The position numbers were made by a program, and so were the translations under genes. A stretch of 63,430 bases of DNA, the filler included. It is 8 parts of 8 records of this genome, joined end to end, with 100 filler letters (N's around TTAATTAATTAA, not from the genome) between each part and the next. Parts side by side here need not be neighbours in the genome. Positions count along the whole stretch, not along the records: positions 6,329 to 16,520 come from DRR723986_39450; positions 16,621 to 25,776 come from DRR723986_40198; 6 more parts are not named here. One strand, given 5' to 3'. The notes beneath the pieces were generated by a model that was given only the letters and a program-made list of their open reading frames with translations, was not told where the DNA came from and did not search any database. Shown here piece by piece: positions 10,225-20,973 of the stretch (within the stretch, counting starts at the first letter, position 1; each line of letters starts with the position of its first letter).

Positions 10225-10749
10225 ATGAAAGTCGGATTTATCCTTTTAAATATATGTTTTTTGCTTTTTATGGGCTGTGGTGGTGATAGTAGTCTTCAAG
10301 AAAAGACAGATAAAGAAAACACCAATAAACAGTCTATTATTACTGCAAAAGACATAGAAAACTTTATTTATATCGACTATGCTTTAAGTCCAGAGGGAGA
10401 AGAAGCAGTTTCTCAATGGGAAAAATATCAAGAATTGGCAATTCAAATAACCTATTTAAAAAAAGCAGATCTTTCTTTTTTTAATGGTGATATAGAACTT
10501 TTAAAAAAGTTTGTAACAGAACTAAAAGATAGTGTGCCAGAGCAATTACAGACCAATTCAATTAATTCGAGAGTTTTAGTTATTGAGAATACATTGCTTA
10601 AACTGCATGATGACCTCACATTAAGCAATATTGATGTAAAGGAAAAAAGATTAAGCATAAGAGAGGTATTAGTGGCTTTTTCAAATCTCAATTTGCAAAT
10701 AAACCGAAAACTAGAGTTCGATATTTATAATAAGATACAACCAGAATAG
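10225..10749 (+). CDS. Hypothetical lipoprotein
   Basis: Lipobox-like FMGC after a hydrophobic stretch. Confidence 0.7.
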   Translation: MKVGFILLNICFLLFMGCGGDSSLQEKTDKENTNKQSIITAKDIENFIYIDYALSPEGEEAVSQWEKYQELAIQITYLKKADLSFFNGDIELLKKFVTELKDSVPEQLQTNSINSRVLVIENTLLKLHDDLTLSNIDVKEKRLSIREVLVAFSNLNLQINRKLEFDIYNKIQPE

Positions 10750-10848
10750 AAAAGTTTAACGTATTAACTTTCATTAAGTTGTAACATAAAATAGTTTTTC
10801 AAGTCTTATTTATAATTACTTTATATTCTAATTAACTAAAATCACATT

Positions 10849-12915
10849 ATGAAAACCAATTTTAAACACGTTTTTGCGTTATCAGGTTTGGCACTTATTA
10901 CTGTTTTTGCATGTAAAGAAGAGGCCAAAGAAACTGCTATGGCAGAAGACAAGATTCCAGGTATTATACTGGAAAACATGGACACAACTGTAGATCCAAA
11001 ACAAGACTTTTATAGCTACGTAAATGGAAACTGGATGAAAACCACTACAATTCCTGAAGAGGAAGCGAGTTGGGGAGGATTTGGTGTTTTACGTAAATCT
11101 ACCAGAAATGACGTGTTAGAGATAGTAAGAACTTCTAAAGAATTAGGAACTTATACAGAGGGTTCTGACCAGAAAAAAGCACTTTTATTTTTTGAGTCTG
11201 AATTGGACACTATAGCTAGAAATGAGTTGGGAACAAAACCATTGCAGCCGTTACTAAAGGCAATTGATGGTATAAGTAATATTTCAGATATGCAAGAGGT
11301 ATATGCTAAAAAAACTGGTGTTGGTGCACCATTTTTTAACCTTGCTATATTCCCAGATATCAATGATAGTAGTATTTATGCACCATACATTACTCAAGGA
11401 GGACTAGGTTTGCCAGATAGAGATTATTATGTATTACAAGACGAAAAATCTAAAGAACGTCGTCAACAATACGTGGACCATGTAACCAGAATGATGCAAT
11501 ATATAGATTATAGTGAGGAAGACGCTAAGAAGGCAGCTGAAATGATTCTGGCCTTAGAAACTAAGTTAGCAGAACCACAATTTGATAAGACAGAGAGACG
11601 TAATTTTAATAATTTCAATAATCCTAGAAGTATTGAGCAGCTTACAGAAATGACACCATCAGTAAACTGGAATAAGTTTCTTGAGGATTCTGGTGTAGAG
11701 CAAAAGCTAGATACTGTATTTGTAGTGGAGATAAGATATATGAAAGCTTTACAAGACATCCTTACTTCTACACCTATAGAAGATATTAAAACAATCATGA
11801 AATGGAATACATTAAATGGTGCAACAGGGTATTTATCTACAGAAATTGAAAAAGCCAATTGGGAGTTTTATAGTAAGACTCTGAGAGGGACTGAAACTCA
11901 AAGGCCAGCAGAAGATAGAGCAATGGATAACGTTACAGGACGTGTTGGTGAAGCAATAGGTCAATTGTATGTAGATGCTAAGTTTCCGCCAGAAGCTAAA
12001 GAAAAAGCTGAAAAAATGATAGCTAATGTTATTACAGCATTCAAAGCAAGAATTGACAAGTTAGACTGGATGAGTGCAGAGACAAAAGCAAAAGCTATAG
12101 AAAAACTAGATAAGTTTACAGTTAAGATTGCCTATCCTGATGAGTGGAGAGATTATTCTGAATTAATGATTAAAGAGGGAAATAGCTATGCAGATAATAT
12201 GATGGCTTTTTCTGATTGGAATCTAAAAGAGAGTCTTGCCGATTTAGGTCAGAAGGTAGATAAGACAGAGTGGAATATGCCACCACAAATGGTAAATGCA
12301 TATTTTAATCCATTAAATAACGAGATTGTTTTTCCAGCAGCAATCTTACAACCACCATTTTATAATTGGACTGCAGATGAAGCTGTTAATTATGGCGGTA
12401 TAGGTGCTGTAATTGGACACGAAATTTCGCATGCTTTTGACGATCAAGGATCTCAATTTGATAGTGATGGAAATTTAATTAATTGGTGGACTCCAGAAGA
12501 TTTAACGGAATTTAAAAAACGAGGAGACGCTTTAGTAGAGCAATATTCTGCAATTCAAATGGGTGACAGCTTGTACGTTGATGGAAGAAACACTTTAGGA
12601 GAAAATATAGGTGACTTAGGAGGTGTATTAGGTGCTTATGATGGTTTGCAATTGTACTTTAAGGAAAATGGAAGACCAGAAGATATTGATGGGTTTACAG
12701 CAGAACAGCGCTTCTTTATGTCTTGGGCAACTGTTTGGAGAACATTAAGTAGACCAGATGCCTTGGAAACGCAAATTAAAACAGATCCGCATTCACCTGG
12801 TATTGTAAGAGCAACGCAACCACTAAAAAATATCGATGCATTTTATGAAGCATTTGATATTAAAGAAGGTGATGCCATGTATTTGTCACCAGAGCAAAGA
12901 GTTAGAATTTGGTAA
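10849..12915 (+). CDS. M13 family metallopeptidase (PepO/neprilysin-like) lipoprotein
   Basis: VNAYF, HEISH zinc motif, GENIGD, DPHSP, C-terminal RVRIW, lipobox VFAC. Confidence 0.95.
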   Translation: MKTNFKHVFALSGLALITVFACKEEAKETAMAEDKIPGIILENMDTTVDPKQDFYSYVNGNWMKTTTIPEEEASWGGFGVLRKSTRNDVLEIVRTSKELGTYTEGSDQKKALLFFESELDTIARNELGTKPLQPLLKAIDGISNISDMQEVYAKKTGVGAPFFNLAIFPDINDSSIYAPYITQGGLGLPDRDYYVLQDEKSKERRQQYVDHVTRMMQYIDYSEEDAKKAAEMILALETKLAEPQFDKTERRNFNNFNNPRSIEQLTEMTPSVNWNKFLEDSGVEQKLDTVFVVEIRYMKALQDILTSTPIEDIKTIMKWNTLNGATGYLSTEIEKANWEFYSKTLRGTETQRPAEDRAMDNVTGRVGEAIGQLYVDAKFPPEAKEKAEKMIANVITAFKARIDKLDWMSAETKAKAIEKLDKFTVKIAYPDEWRDYSELMIKEGNSYADNMMAFSDWNLKESLADLGQKVDKTEWNMPPQMVNAYFNPLNNEIVFPAAILQPPFYNWTADEAVNYGGIGAVIGHEISHAFDDQGSQFDSDGNLINWWTPEDLTEFKKRGDALVEQYSAIQMGDSLYVDGRNTLGENIGDLGGVLGAYDGLQLYFKENGRPEDIDGFTAEQRFFMSWATVWRTLSRPDALETQIKTDPHSPGIVRATQPLKNIDAFYEAFDIKEGDAMYLSPEQRVRIW

Positions 12916-12929
12916 TTAAATATTGATAT

Positions 12930-12961
12930 AAAAAAAGCAGCTCATTGAGCTGCTTTTTTTT
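12930..12961. terminator. Bidirectional intrinsic terminator
   Basis: A7-GCAGCTCA/TGAGCTGC-T8 between convergent genes. Confidence 0.85.
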
Positions 12962-12975
12962 GGTGTTATCACTAA

Positions 12976-13680
12976 TTAGTTTTTCGTCTCAGTGGCATTT
13001 TGTGCCTTTTGAGATTCTAACGCCTGACGGCTAATTTTTGCAAGGTTAAATTGTGGATCAATAGCTAAAGCTTCATTCATAAGCTTTAATGCAGCATCTA
13101 TATTAGCGGTCTTGTTTTCTGTAAATGTCATAAGCCCTTTTAAACATAAAAATGCTGCTTTCATTGATGTTTCATAAGGTTGTTGCGTTTCATAAAACGC
13201 ACGTTTCATATCGTCAGTTACATTAGCTAAACCATATTCAATGTTTTCCTTTGCACCAGCAAGATCATTAATTTGAATCTTCATATCAGCCATTTCGTAA
13301 GCTAAATACACGTTAGGATCGCGTTGAAATAATACTTCATAATGTTCTAAAGCCATTTTTGGCTGATTAAGATTTTTTAAAGCCAATGCTTTAACCTCAA
13401 CATTCATATTAGAATCTGATGCATTTTTTTCTATTCCAATAGTATTTAAAGCCTCTCTATATTTACCTTCAGAAAGGTATAAGTAAGCTAAGGTGTCTTT
13501 TCTAGCCACTGAAGGCTCTAAGATATTTAAGTGTGTCATGGCGTTAATAATTCCACGTACGTCACCTTGTTTTTTCATTTCTTTGTAATACGTTTCAAAG
13601 TGTGCTTTTAGCTCAGTATTTGACTGTGCAAAAACACTCACTGAAAATAGCATAACAATTGCAATTGTAATCTGTTTCAT
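12976..13680 (-). CDS. Secreted TPR-repeat protein
   Basis: Signal peptide and helical TPR-like repeats (ALAIDPQF). Confidence 0.7.
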   Translation of the reverse strand: MKQITIAIVMLFSVSVFAQSNTELKAHFETYYKEMKKQGDVRGIINAMTHLNILEPSVARKDTLAYLYLSEGKYREALNTIGIEKNASDSNMNVEVKALALKNLNQPKMALEHYEVLFQRDPNVYLAYEMADMKIQINDLAGAKENIEYGLANVTDDMKRAFYETQQPYETSMKAAFLCLKGLMTFTENKTANIDAALKLMNEALAIDPQFNLAKISRQALESQKAQNATETKN

Positions 13681-13790
13681 TTTTCCTTAATTAATTATTT
13701 CTTAGTTATCTAAAGATTTGTTAGTCCAAAAATTTAAAGGGCTAAAACTATAAAAATTAATAGTAACTGCTCTTAAAAAACTATTAATTA

Positions 13791-14600
13791 TTATGGTGCC
13801 ACTTTAAAATTATAGTTCAAAAGCTGTACCAAGTTTGTGCTTTCTACAATTTTACCTTTACTTTTCTCAGAAGTTTTAAAGTGTGGTAGTTCTAAATTAT
13901 GTTCTTTACAGTACTCAGTATAATATAATTTACGTTCAGGATGATAAGGATATACTGCATTTAGACTCACATTCCACAAATCTTTTTTAAGGACTTCTTC
14001 AATTATTTTAAGACAATCATTTTTATGAATTAGATTTATAGGTGCCCTTGGGTTTGCAATATTGTCTTTGCCTGATAAATAGTTTGCAGGATGTCTTTCA
14101 GAATCAAATAAACCTCCAAATCGAATTATTGTTGTATTGAGTTTAGTTTGTTCTCTTAATAGGTGTTCTATTTTAATGAGTTGCTTAGCTGATGTTGAGG
14201 TGCCATTTGGGTTAGTGTTATTGGTAATTACAGGAAAATTATAATCATCTTTAAAAACAGAAGTAGAGTTTATGTATATAATATTTCTAACTGTAGATTT
14301 CAAAATTTCTTTCAATAACAATCTAATTTCAGCAACATGATTTTTATTTGAGTTTTTTCTTAAGCCAGGCGGAATATTAATTATTATCGTTTCACTAGCG
14401 TTTAAAAAACCAGAAATGTTTCCATTAATTTTAGTTTCACTAAGCTCTATAATAAAAGGTGAAATACTATTTTTTCTTAGTACTGCAAGTTTTTCAGTTG
14501 AAGTGGTGGAGCCATTTACGGCGTAACCAATATCTACAAAAATTTTACCAAGAGGTAAGCCAAGCCAACCGCAACCAATGATGCTAATTTGAGGTTTCAA
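13791..14600 (-). CDS. NAD(P)-binding Rossmann protein, YeeZ-like atypical SDR
   Basis: IIGCGWLG, GSTT, RFGGL, PINLIH. Confidence 0.85.
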   Translation of the reverse strand: MKPQISIIGCGWLGLPLGKIFVDIGYAVNGSTTSTEKLAVLRKNSISPFIIELSETKINGNISGFLNASETIIINIPPGLRKNSNKNHVAEIRLLLKEILKSTVRNIIYINSTSVFKDDYNFPVITNNTNPNGTSTSAKQLIKIEHLLREQTKLNTTIIRFGGLFDSERHPANYLSGKDNIANPRAPINLIHKNDCLKIIEEVLKKDLWNVSLNAVYPYHPERKLYYTEYCKEHNLELPHFKTSEKSKGKIVESTNLVQLLNYNFKVAP

Positions 14601-14712
14601 TAATATTTATATTAATAAAAAACAAAAATACGTCTTCTGAGACATTAAAAAATCAATTTTGCTAAACAATTAAATTTCAGTAACTTTAAGATTAACACTA
14701 AAAATTAACGTT

Positions 14713-15198
14713 ATGGGAATAAAGAGTTTTCAAGGTTCGCGTAAGCAGCAAAATACTTCAGAATCAGTTGCACTAAAAGTAAAGGATTATATGACTACCA
14801 GTCTTATAACGTTTAAACCAGACCAATCTGTACAGGAGGTTGTAGAATCGCTAATAAAGCATAAAATTTCTGGTGGACCAGTTGTAAATAACAAGCATGA
14901 ATTAGTAGGTATTATATCTGAAGGAGACTGCTTAAAACAATTGAGCGAAAGCAGATATTATAATATGCCATTAGAACATGATAACGTGGAAAAACGTATG
15001 GCGAAAGATGTTGAAACCATAGATGGAAATATGGATGTTTTTGATGCCGCAAATAAGTTTTTAAATTCTAAAAGACGACGGTTTCCAATAGTTGAAAACG
15101 GAAAACTTGTTGGCCAGATTAGCCAAAAAGATATTCTAAAAGCGGCTCTGCAGCTAAAAGGTGAAAATTGGAATAGTAAAACAAAGAGTAGTTCTTAA
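14713..15198 (+). CDS. CBS-domain pair protein
   Basis: ISGGPVV..LVGIISEGD and RRFPIV..LVGQIS motifs. Confidence 0.9.
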   Translation: MGIKSFQGSRKQQNTSESVALKVKDYMTTSLITFKPDQSVQEVVESLIKHKISGGPVVNNKHELVGIISEGDCLKQLSESRYYNMPLEHDNVEKRMAKDVETIDGNMDVFDAANKFLNSKRRRFPIVENGKLVGQISQKDILKAALQLKGENWNSKTKSSS

Positions 15199-15545
15199 TC
15201 ATCACGTTTTACTAAAGCATAATAATCTCCTTCTAGAGGCAAATACCCTTGGTCATATACAAAGTAATATATAGTACCAGCTTTGGTAGTATAGATACTT
15301 GTAAAGTAGTTAAAGTCAAAACCTTTTTCAATTAATTTTGCTCTAGAACCTTTTGTCTTTTTGTTTGGATTGAGGGCCTCTAATATTCTATAGTTTTTTC
15401 GTAGTCTATTGTTGGTGTTCCTAATAAGGTTTTTAGAATCTTTATTTACGCGATTATTATATGCGTTTCTGCATCCATCACTACAGAATTTTTTATCAAT
15501 TCTACCAACAATTTTATCTCCACATTCAGGACATTGTTTTTGCAT
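15195..15545 (-). CDS. Conserved Bacteroidota Zn-ribbon protein (DUF2116-like)
   Basis: CPEC…GRIDKKFCSDGCR, then a basic helix and GFDFNYFT. Confidence 0.75.
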   Translation of the reverse strand: MQKQCPECGDKIVGRIDKKFCSDGCRNAYNNRVNKDSKNLIRNTNNRLRKNYRILEALNPNKKTKGSRAKLIEKGFDFNYFTSIYTTKAGTIYYFVYDQGYLPLEGDYYALVKRDD

Positions 15546-15573
15546 AAGTTTTAAATTAAAGGTTTAAAAAATA

Positions 15574-16221
15574 TTATAAGCCATTGGCAATAATTAAAGT
15601 ATTGGTGTTGTTTACTTTTTCATATACAGAGACCTTATAAACTTTAGATTTTAAAAAAGAAATCATTGCATCTAGGTTTGAACTTGACTTGTTGTCTAAT
15701 ACAGCTGCATTAAATATAATATCACCATTTGAAGATTTAGATCTTAAAATTGATTTCCAAAAATCAATAGTTTGAAACTTATCAGGGACTGATAAATCGA
15801 TGAACAAATCAATGATAATAAGATCAAAAAGTTCTTTATTTGTTTCTATAAAATCTATCGCATCTATACAATGAATTTTTAAATTTTCATTTTCTGTAAT
15901 ACCAAATTCAGAAGCTGCAATTTCTATTATTGATGCATCTATTTCTACGGTAGTTATCTTGTTTTGAAAATTAAAATCGTTCCGTAAAGTCTCAATAACA
16001 CTTCCGCCTCCCATGCCTAAAACTAAAACAGAACTAACCTTTTTAAGGTCAATTTTTTCTATTCCAAATTTTAAAATACGTTGTAATGAGCCATAACTAT
16101 AGTTCGCATTTTTTGAATTTAAATGCTTTTTTCCGTTATGCCAAGTAATTTCTAACGTACCACTGTGTTTAGATTCAAAGGTTTTTGTTACAGGATAAAT
16201 ATAGCTCAAAAGTCGCTTCAT
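15574..16221 (-). CDS. Class I SAM-dependent methyltransferase, spermidine-synthase-like
   Basis: VLGMGGGS, VEID, DA, FDLIIIDLF. Confidence 0.82.
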   Translation of the reverse strand: MKRLLSYIYPVTKTFESKHSGTLEITWHNGKKHLNSKNANYSYGSLQRILKFGIEKIDLKKVSSVLVLGMGGGSVIETLRNDFNFQNKITTVEIDASIIEIAASEFGITENENLKIHCIDAIDFIETNKELFDLIIIDLFIDLSVPDKFQTIDFWKSILRSKSSNGDIIFNAAVLDNKSSSNLDAMISFLKSKVYKVSVYEKVNNTNTLIIANGL

Positions 16222-16399
16222 TACTGAGATTATGGTTCTATTGTCTCACAAATATAGTCATTTACAAACGACTACAAACATTTACAAACGAATTTAAATA
16301 GGTAACAACCGAATAAAATTTTGAAGTCGTTACATCTTTGCCAAGTCGAAACATAAGAACTCGATAGTATTAACTGTTAAACATTAAAATTTAGAACAC

Positions 16400-16520
16400 A
16401 TGAACACATTAAGAAACAAAGTACAGTTGATTGGTAATTTAGGAAACAATCCAGAAATCATCAATTTAGAATCAGGGAAGACTTTAGCAAAATTTGCAAT
16501 TGCAACTAATGAAAGTTATA
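16400..16520 (+). CDS. ssb: Single-stranded DNA-binding protein, partial
   Basis: MNTLRNKVQLIGNLGNNPE…FAIATNESY. Not in the ORF track. Confidence 0.9.
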
Positions 16521-16620
16521 NNNNNNNNNNNNNNNNNNNNNNNNNNNNNNNNNNNNNNNNNNNNTTAATTAATTAANNNNNNNNNNNNNNNNNNNNNNNN
16601 NNNNNNNNNNNNNNNNNNNN

Positions 16621-17239
16621 TGGTGTCGAAGTGAATTATCATGTTAAATCGGGATCTATCTTTACCGATATCGCTGCAGCGGCAACTGAACTACACGCCT
16701 CATTAATCATAATGGGAACACACGGTTCAAAAGGAATTCAACAAAAAATGTTTGGTTCTTTTGCCCTGAAGGTAATTACCAGTACTCATGTTCCGTTTTT
16801 AGTTGTTCAAGACGACTTAAAAAGTACGAACATGGATAAAATTGCGGTTCCAATTGATGAATCACAAGAGAGTTTGCAAATTGAACAAGTTACCTCTGGT
16901 TTAGCAGAAATACTAAAATCTGAGGTACATATTTTGACGGAGAAAAAAGTAGATTCTAACTTGAAATTAAAAGTTGCCGTTCACTCTGGACTGTTATCAA
17001 AACAATTTAAAGAAGCCGGCATCACTTATGTAACAGAAGTTTTACCAAAGGTAAAAGGTTATTCTACTGATATAGTAAATTATGCTGTAAAAAGTGGATG
17101 TAATCTGATTGCTTTCGCTTATCATAGCGACAGCTTATTGCCTCAATTTGACACTTTTGCGCAAAGCCTAATCACTAACAAACAAGGTGTACCAGTTTTG
17201 ATTGTTAACTCTAAAGAAGCAGGAAACTATTTCTTCTAG
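16621..17239 (+). CDS. Universal stress protein, 5'-truncated
   Basis: LIIMGTHG..G…FGSFA..V….HVPFLVV motif and a second USP domain. Confidence 0.85.
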
Positions 17240-17256
17240 ACACAAATATTCTAAAT

Positions 17257-17291
17257 AAAAAAGGGGCTTGAAATTCAAGCCCCTTTTTTTT
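17257..17291. terminator. Bidirectional intrinsic terminator
   Basis: A6-GGGGCTTGAA/TTCAAGCCCC-T8 between convergent genes. Confidence 0.85.
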
Positions 17292-17304
17292 ATCTCTTTA
17301 ATTT

Positions 17305-18426
17305 TTATCCTCCAAAGAAATCTTTCATTTTATTGAAGAAGCCTTGTTCTTTTTTACCTGGTTTAGGTTTAAAGTTTTCTGAATTATCTAGTTTTTCTAG
17401 CATTGCCTTCTCTTCAGAAGAAAGCTTTTTAGGTGTCCAAACATTGATGTGAACAAATAAATCGCCAGAACCATAGCTTTGAATTGAAGGTAAACCTTTA
17501 CCTCTCAATCGCAACATTTTCCCAGATTGTGTTCCGGCTTCAACTTTGATCTTAGCTTTTCCTTCCACCAATGGCACTTCAAGAGTTGCCCCTAACGCAG
17601 CCTGGCTAAAACTCACATATGCTTCATAGTGTAAGTTCACACCATCTCTCTGCAACAAGTCGTTTTTCTCCTCTTCAATCACCACCAATAAATCGCCTGG
17701 AACTCCATCAAATGGTCCGGCATTACCTTTACCGCCAACCTTTAGTTGCATGCCCTCTTCTACTCCTGCAGGAATATTAATTTCAACCAATTCTTCCTGA
17801 CGTTTTAAGCCTTGTGCATCTACGCCAGATGGTTTTTTGCCAATTATTTTTCCTGTTCCATGACAAGTTTGACAGGTGCTTTGCGTTTGCATGGCACCTA
17901 ACATGGTTTGTTGCACTCTTAATACACGCCCCTGACCATTACAAGTTGAGCAAGTTGAATAAGTCACACCTTCGGCATTGACCAACTTGTTCACTTTTAT
18001 TTTTTTCTTAACTCCGGTCGCTACTTCTTTCAAATTCAGTTTGATTTTAATCCTCAAATCTGAACCTCTCGCCACACGTTGGCGTCCACCACTTCTTGCT
18101 CTACCGCCGCTAAATGCGCCACCAAAAATATCTCCGAATTGATCGAAAATATCGTCCATATTCATGCCGCCGAAGCCACCGCCTCCGCCGCCACTTGCTC
18201 CACCTACACCTTGGTGCCCAAATCGGTCGTATCTAGCACGCTTATCTGCATCCGACAAAATCTCATAAGCTTCTGCAGCCTCTTTAAATTTTTCCTCAGC
18301 CTCTTTATCATCTGGATTTCTATCTGGGTGATATTGCAATGCAATTTTTCGATAGGCTTTTTTTATCGCCTTTTCATCTGCAGTTTTTTCAACCCCTAAT
18401 ATGTCGTAATAATCTCTTTTACTCAT
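17305..18426 (-). CDS. dnaJ: Chaperone DnaJ
   Basis: J domain with HPD, G/F region, CxxCxGxG motifs, C-terminal domain. Confidence 0.97.
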   Translation of the reverse strand: MSKRDYYDILGVEKTADEKAIKKAYRKIALQYHPDRNPDDKEAEEKFKEAAEAYEILSDADKRARYDRFGHQGVGGASGGGGGGFGGMNMDDIFDQFGDIFGGAFSGGRARSGGRQRVARGSDLRIKIKLNLKEVATGVKKKIKVNKLVNAEGVTYSTCSTCNGQGRVLRVQQTMLGAMQTQSTCQTCHGTGKIIGKKPSGVDAQGLKRQEELVEINIPAGVEEGMQLKVGGKGNAGPFDGVPGDLLVVIEEEKNDLLQRDGVNLHYEAYVSFSQAALGATLEVPLVEGKAKIKVEAGTQSGKMLRLRGKGLPSIQSYGSGDLFVHINVWTPKKLSSEEKAMLEKLDNSENFKPKPGKKEQGFFNKMKDFFGG

Positions 18427-18432
18427 TGTTTT

Positions 18433-18513
18433 TTAGATGTTAGATTCTAGAATTTAGAAGCTAGACGGTCTTTACAAACGCTTTGTCTAATCTCTAAATT
18501 CTTGATTCTAAAT
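18433..18513. repeat. Inverted arrays of 7-bp tandem repeats
   Basis: Five (T/C)TAGAnn units at 18433-18467 and four complementary TCT(A/T)nnn units at 18486-18513. Confidence 0.7.
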
Positions 18514-18518
18514 TCTTT

Positions 18519-19088
18519 TTATTGGCCTACGACTACTTTTGCGTAGCGCAGTACATGACCTTTTAAATTATACCCTCTTTCAACTACATCAAGTACTTTT
18601 CCTACATCATCTTTTGAAGGAGCAGGAATTTGAGTAATTGCTTCATGCTTGTCTGGATCAAAAGTTTCACCCTTTGCATCCATAGGTTCCAAGCCCTTCT
18701 GAACTAATGTATTTCTAAATTTATTGTGAATCAATCCGAATCCCTCCTTCAACGCTGTAGGATCATCAACTTTCTCATTATTGGCTATGGCTCTTTCAAA
18801 ATCATCTAAAACACCTAATAAATCTTTAATCACAGATCCACTTGCTGTGCTGATAATTTCAGCTTTTTCTTTAATGGTTCGTTTTCTATAATTATCAAAA
18901 TCAGAATAAAGCAATAAATATTTCTTATTCAATTCATCAAATTGAGCTTGAAGATTATCTTCTGCTGGCGTTTCAGCTGCCACTTCTGATTCTTCATTTT
19001 GTGCTTCTGTTGTTGTTGAATCTTCAGTTGCAGTTTTTTCTTGATTGATTTGCTCTTCGCCTTCTATTGGTTCGTCTTTTTCAGTCAT
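18519..19088 (-). CDS. grpE: Nucleotide exchange factor GrpE
   Basis: DFDNYRKR, FDPDKHEAI, GY.L…VLRYAKVVVG. Adjacent to dnaJ. Confidence 0.96.
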   Translation of the reverse strand: MTEKDEPIEGEEQINQEKTATEDSTTTEAQNEESEVAAETPAEDNLQAQFDELNKKYLLLYSDFDNYRKRTIKEKAEIISTASGSVIKDLLGVLDDFERAIANNEKVDDPTALKEGFGLIHNKFRNTLVQKGLEPMDAKGETFDPDKHEAITQIPAPSKDDVGKVLDVVERGYNLKGHVLRYAKVVVGQ

Positions 19089-19258
19089 TCTAATTCTAAT
19101 TTCTTTTGCCTATTCAAAAACACTGCCAATACTGACATTCAGACATTGTGTCACAGAATGTCATTAAATGAGAAAATAAAGGCTGCAATATTGACAAAAA
19201 TGTGGACTCCTCTTTTCAAGATTATAAAATAGCCAGTGTATAAATCTAAAAATGAGTG

Positions 19259-20881
19259 CTACTTTTTGGCAACTTTTGACCAAACACCGGTCTTTTTAAG
19301 TCGCTCTACAATAGCATAAATCAGCATAGCGATTGATAAATAACAAGCAATTCTTCCTATGAAATCTCCATATTTTGTAAAAAAAGTGATTTCATCATTC
19401 TTATTGATCTCTGCTTGCAAGGCCCCGTATTCATTCCAACCCAATTCAGAAATAATTTCACCTCGTTGATCAATAAAACAAGAGATTCCTGTATTCGCCG
19501 ATCGGGCAACTGATCGTCTATTTTCAATGGCTCTGATTTGGGAGAACATTCTATGTTGCTTATAGCCAGGAGTGTCTTTCCACCATCCATCATTAGTAAT
19601 AACACATAAAACCTGCGCTCCCTTTCTTACAAACATAGAAGCATAATCACTGTAGACCGATTCATAACAAATAAGAGGGGCATACACTACTCCCTTTGCT
19701 TCGAACACAATGGGCTCGTCTCCAACTCCTAATAAACCCGAGGTTCCGCCTAACTCAACTGAATATTCTTCTAGAAAAGGAAACATGGAAATAAAAGGTA
19801 ATTTCTCTCCACCCAACACCAGTTTAGACTTGTGATATTTTGCTATTGGTACGTTTGGCTGTAGCATTAAAGCAGTATTGTAATTCTCGTACCATTGATT
19901 TAAGTATGGTCGCGAGGCCACAGATTGTTTACTATCAAAAAACTCATAGGTGTCCGCACCAATTAACATGGATAAATTACCTTGATCTTTAAGGAAATCC
20001 ATCAATAACAAAATGGATTGATTAGAATCCAATGATGACTCTGTCATCCCATAAGGTATGGCAGTTTCAGGGCAAACGATTAAATCAGTTTCATTAGCTA
20101 TTTTTTCTTTTGCGGCAGTAAGTATTTTGAACAACTGAAACTCAGTTGGCAGGGTAAATTTCTCGGTATGCGCTTCGATATTGGGCTGCACTACTGTGAT
20201 ATTTACTGGATCCTTTTTCTCTTCATAGCCATAATAAATCACCAAACTTGAGATAATTGGAATTACAAGCGCTAAACCTGCAAACAATAAATTCGGCGTT
20301 TGAATTTTTAGCGATTCGCCCTTTATTTTGACGTTACGTAAAACAATATAAATGATCACATTCATCACCAACACCCAGAAAGTTCCGCCCATTACGCCTG
20401 AATACTCATACCATTGGATCAACTTGGGTGAATTTCCAAAAACATGTCCAAGATTTAACCAGGGCCATGACAATTCCCATCTAAAGTGTAAAAATTCAAA
20501 GCACATCCAAAATACCATTAAAGCCAACAATCCCTTGTTTTCACCTAAATGTTTGGTAACGAATCCGGCCAAAAAGAAGGGGAGTATCATCAAGATAGAA
20601 TTGGCTAAAACAGCCATGTACATACCTCCTTCGGAAGCATGATAAATCCACCAGGTTGTGACCACATTGAAAATCAGAAAGTAAATGTAATTGGTGCCGA
20701 GTCTAAGCAGAAATTTGCCTTTGGAAGCTTTATTAATCTCGGCATTCACGATAATCAAAGGGACAATGGCAATAAAAACTAAAGGGAATAATCCACCGGT
20801 AAAAGGGAAACTTAAGCCCAGTAAAAGTCCGCCAAGAATGGACAATAAAAATAAATGCGAGACCTTTAATTTCATTACCAC
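19259..20881 (-). CDS. lnt: Apolipoprotein N-acyltransferase
   Basis: TM region, VQPNI, PETA, YHKSKLV, ICYES, ITNDGWW, RSANTGIS. Confidence 0.95.
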   Translation of the reverse strand: MVMKLKVSHLFLLSILGGLLLGLSFPFTGGLFPLVFIAIVPLIIVNAEINKASKGKFLLRLGTNYIYFLIFNVVTTWWIYHASEGGMYMAVLANSILMILPFFLAGFVTKHLGENKGLLALMVFWMCFEFLHFRWELSWPWLNLGHVFGNSPKLIQWYEYSGVMGGTFWVLVMNVIIYIVLRNVKIKGESLKIQTPNLLFAGLALVIPIISSLVIYYGYEEKKDPVNITVVQPNIEAHTEKFTLPTEFQLFKILTAAKEKIANETDLIVCPETAIPYGMTESSLDSNQSILLLMDFLKDQGNLSMLIGADTYEFFDSKQSVASRPYLNQWYENYNTALMLQPNVPIAKYHKSKLVLGGEKLPFISMFPFLEEYSVELGGTSGLLGVGDEPIVFEAKGVVYAPLICYESVYSDYASMFVRKGAQVLCVITNDGWWKDTPGYKQHRMFSQIRAIENRRSVARSANTGISCFIDQRGEIISELGWNEYGALQAEINKNDEITFFTKYGDFIGRIACYLSIAMLIYAIVERLKKTGVWSKVAKK

Positions 20882-20973
20882 AAATTTAATTGAATAAGTT
20901 AGACCACAATATCCTGCCGGTTTTTTGAAACAAAATCATTGATTATCAGTATAATTCTTTATCACTTTGACCT

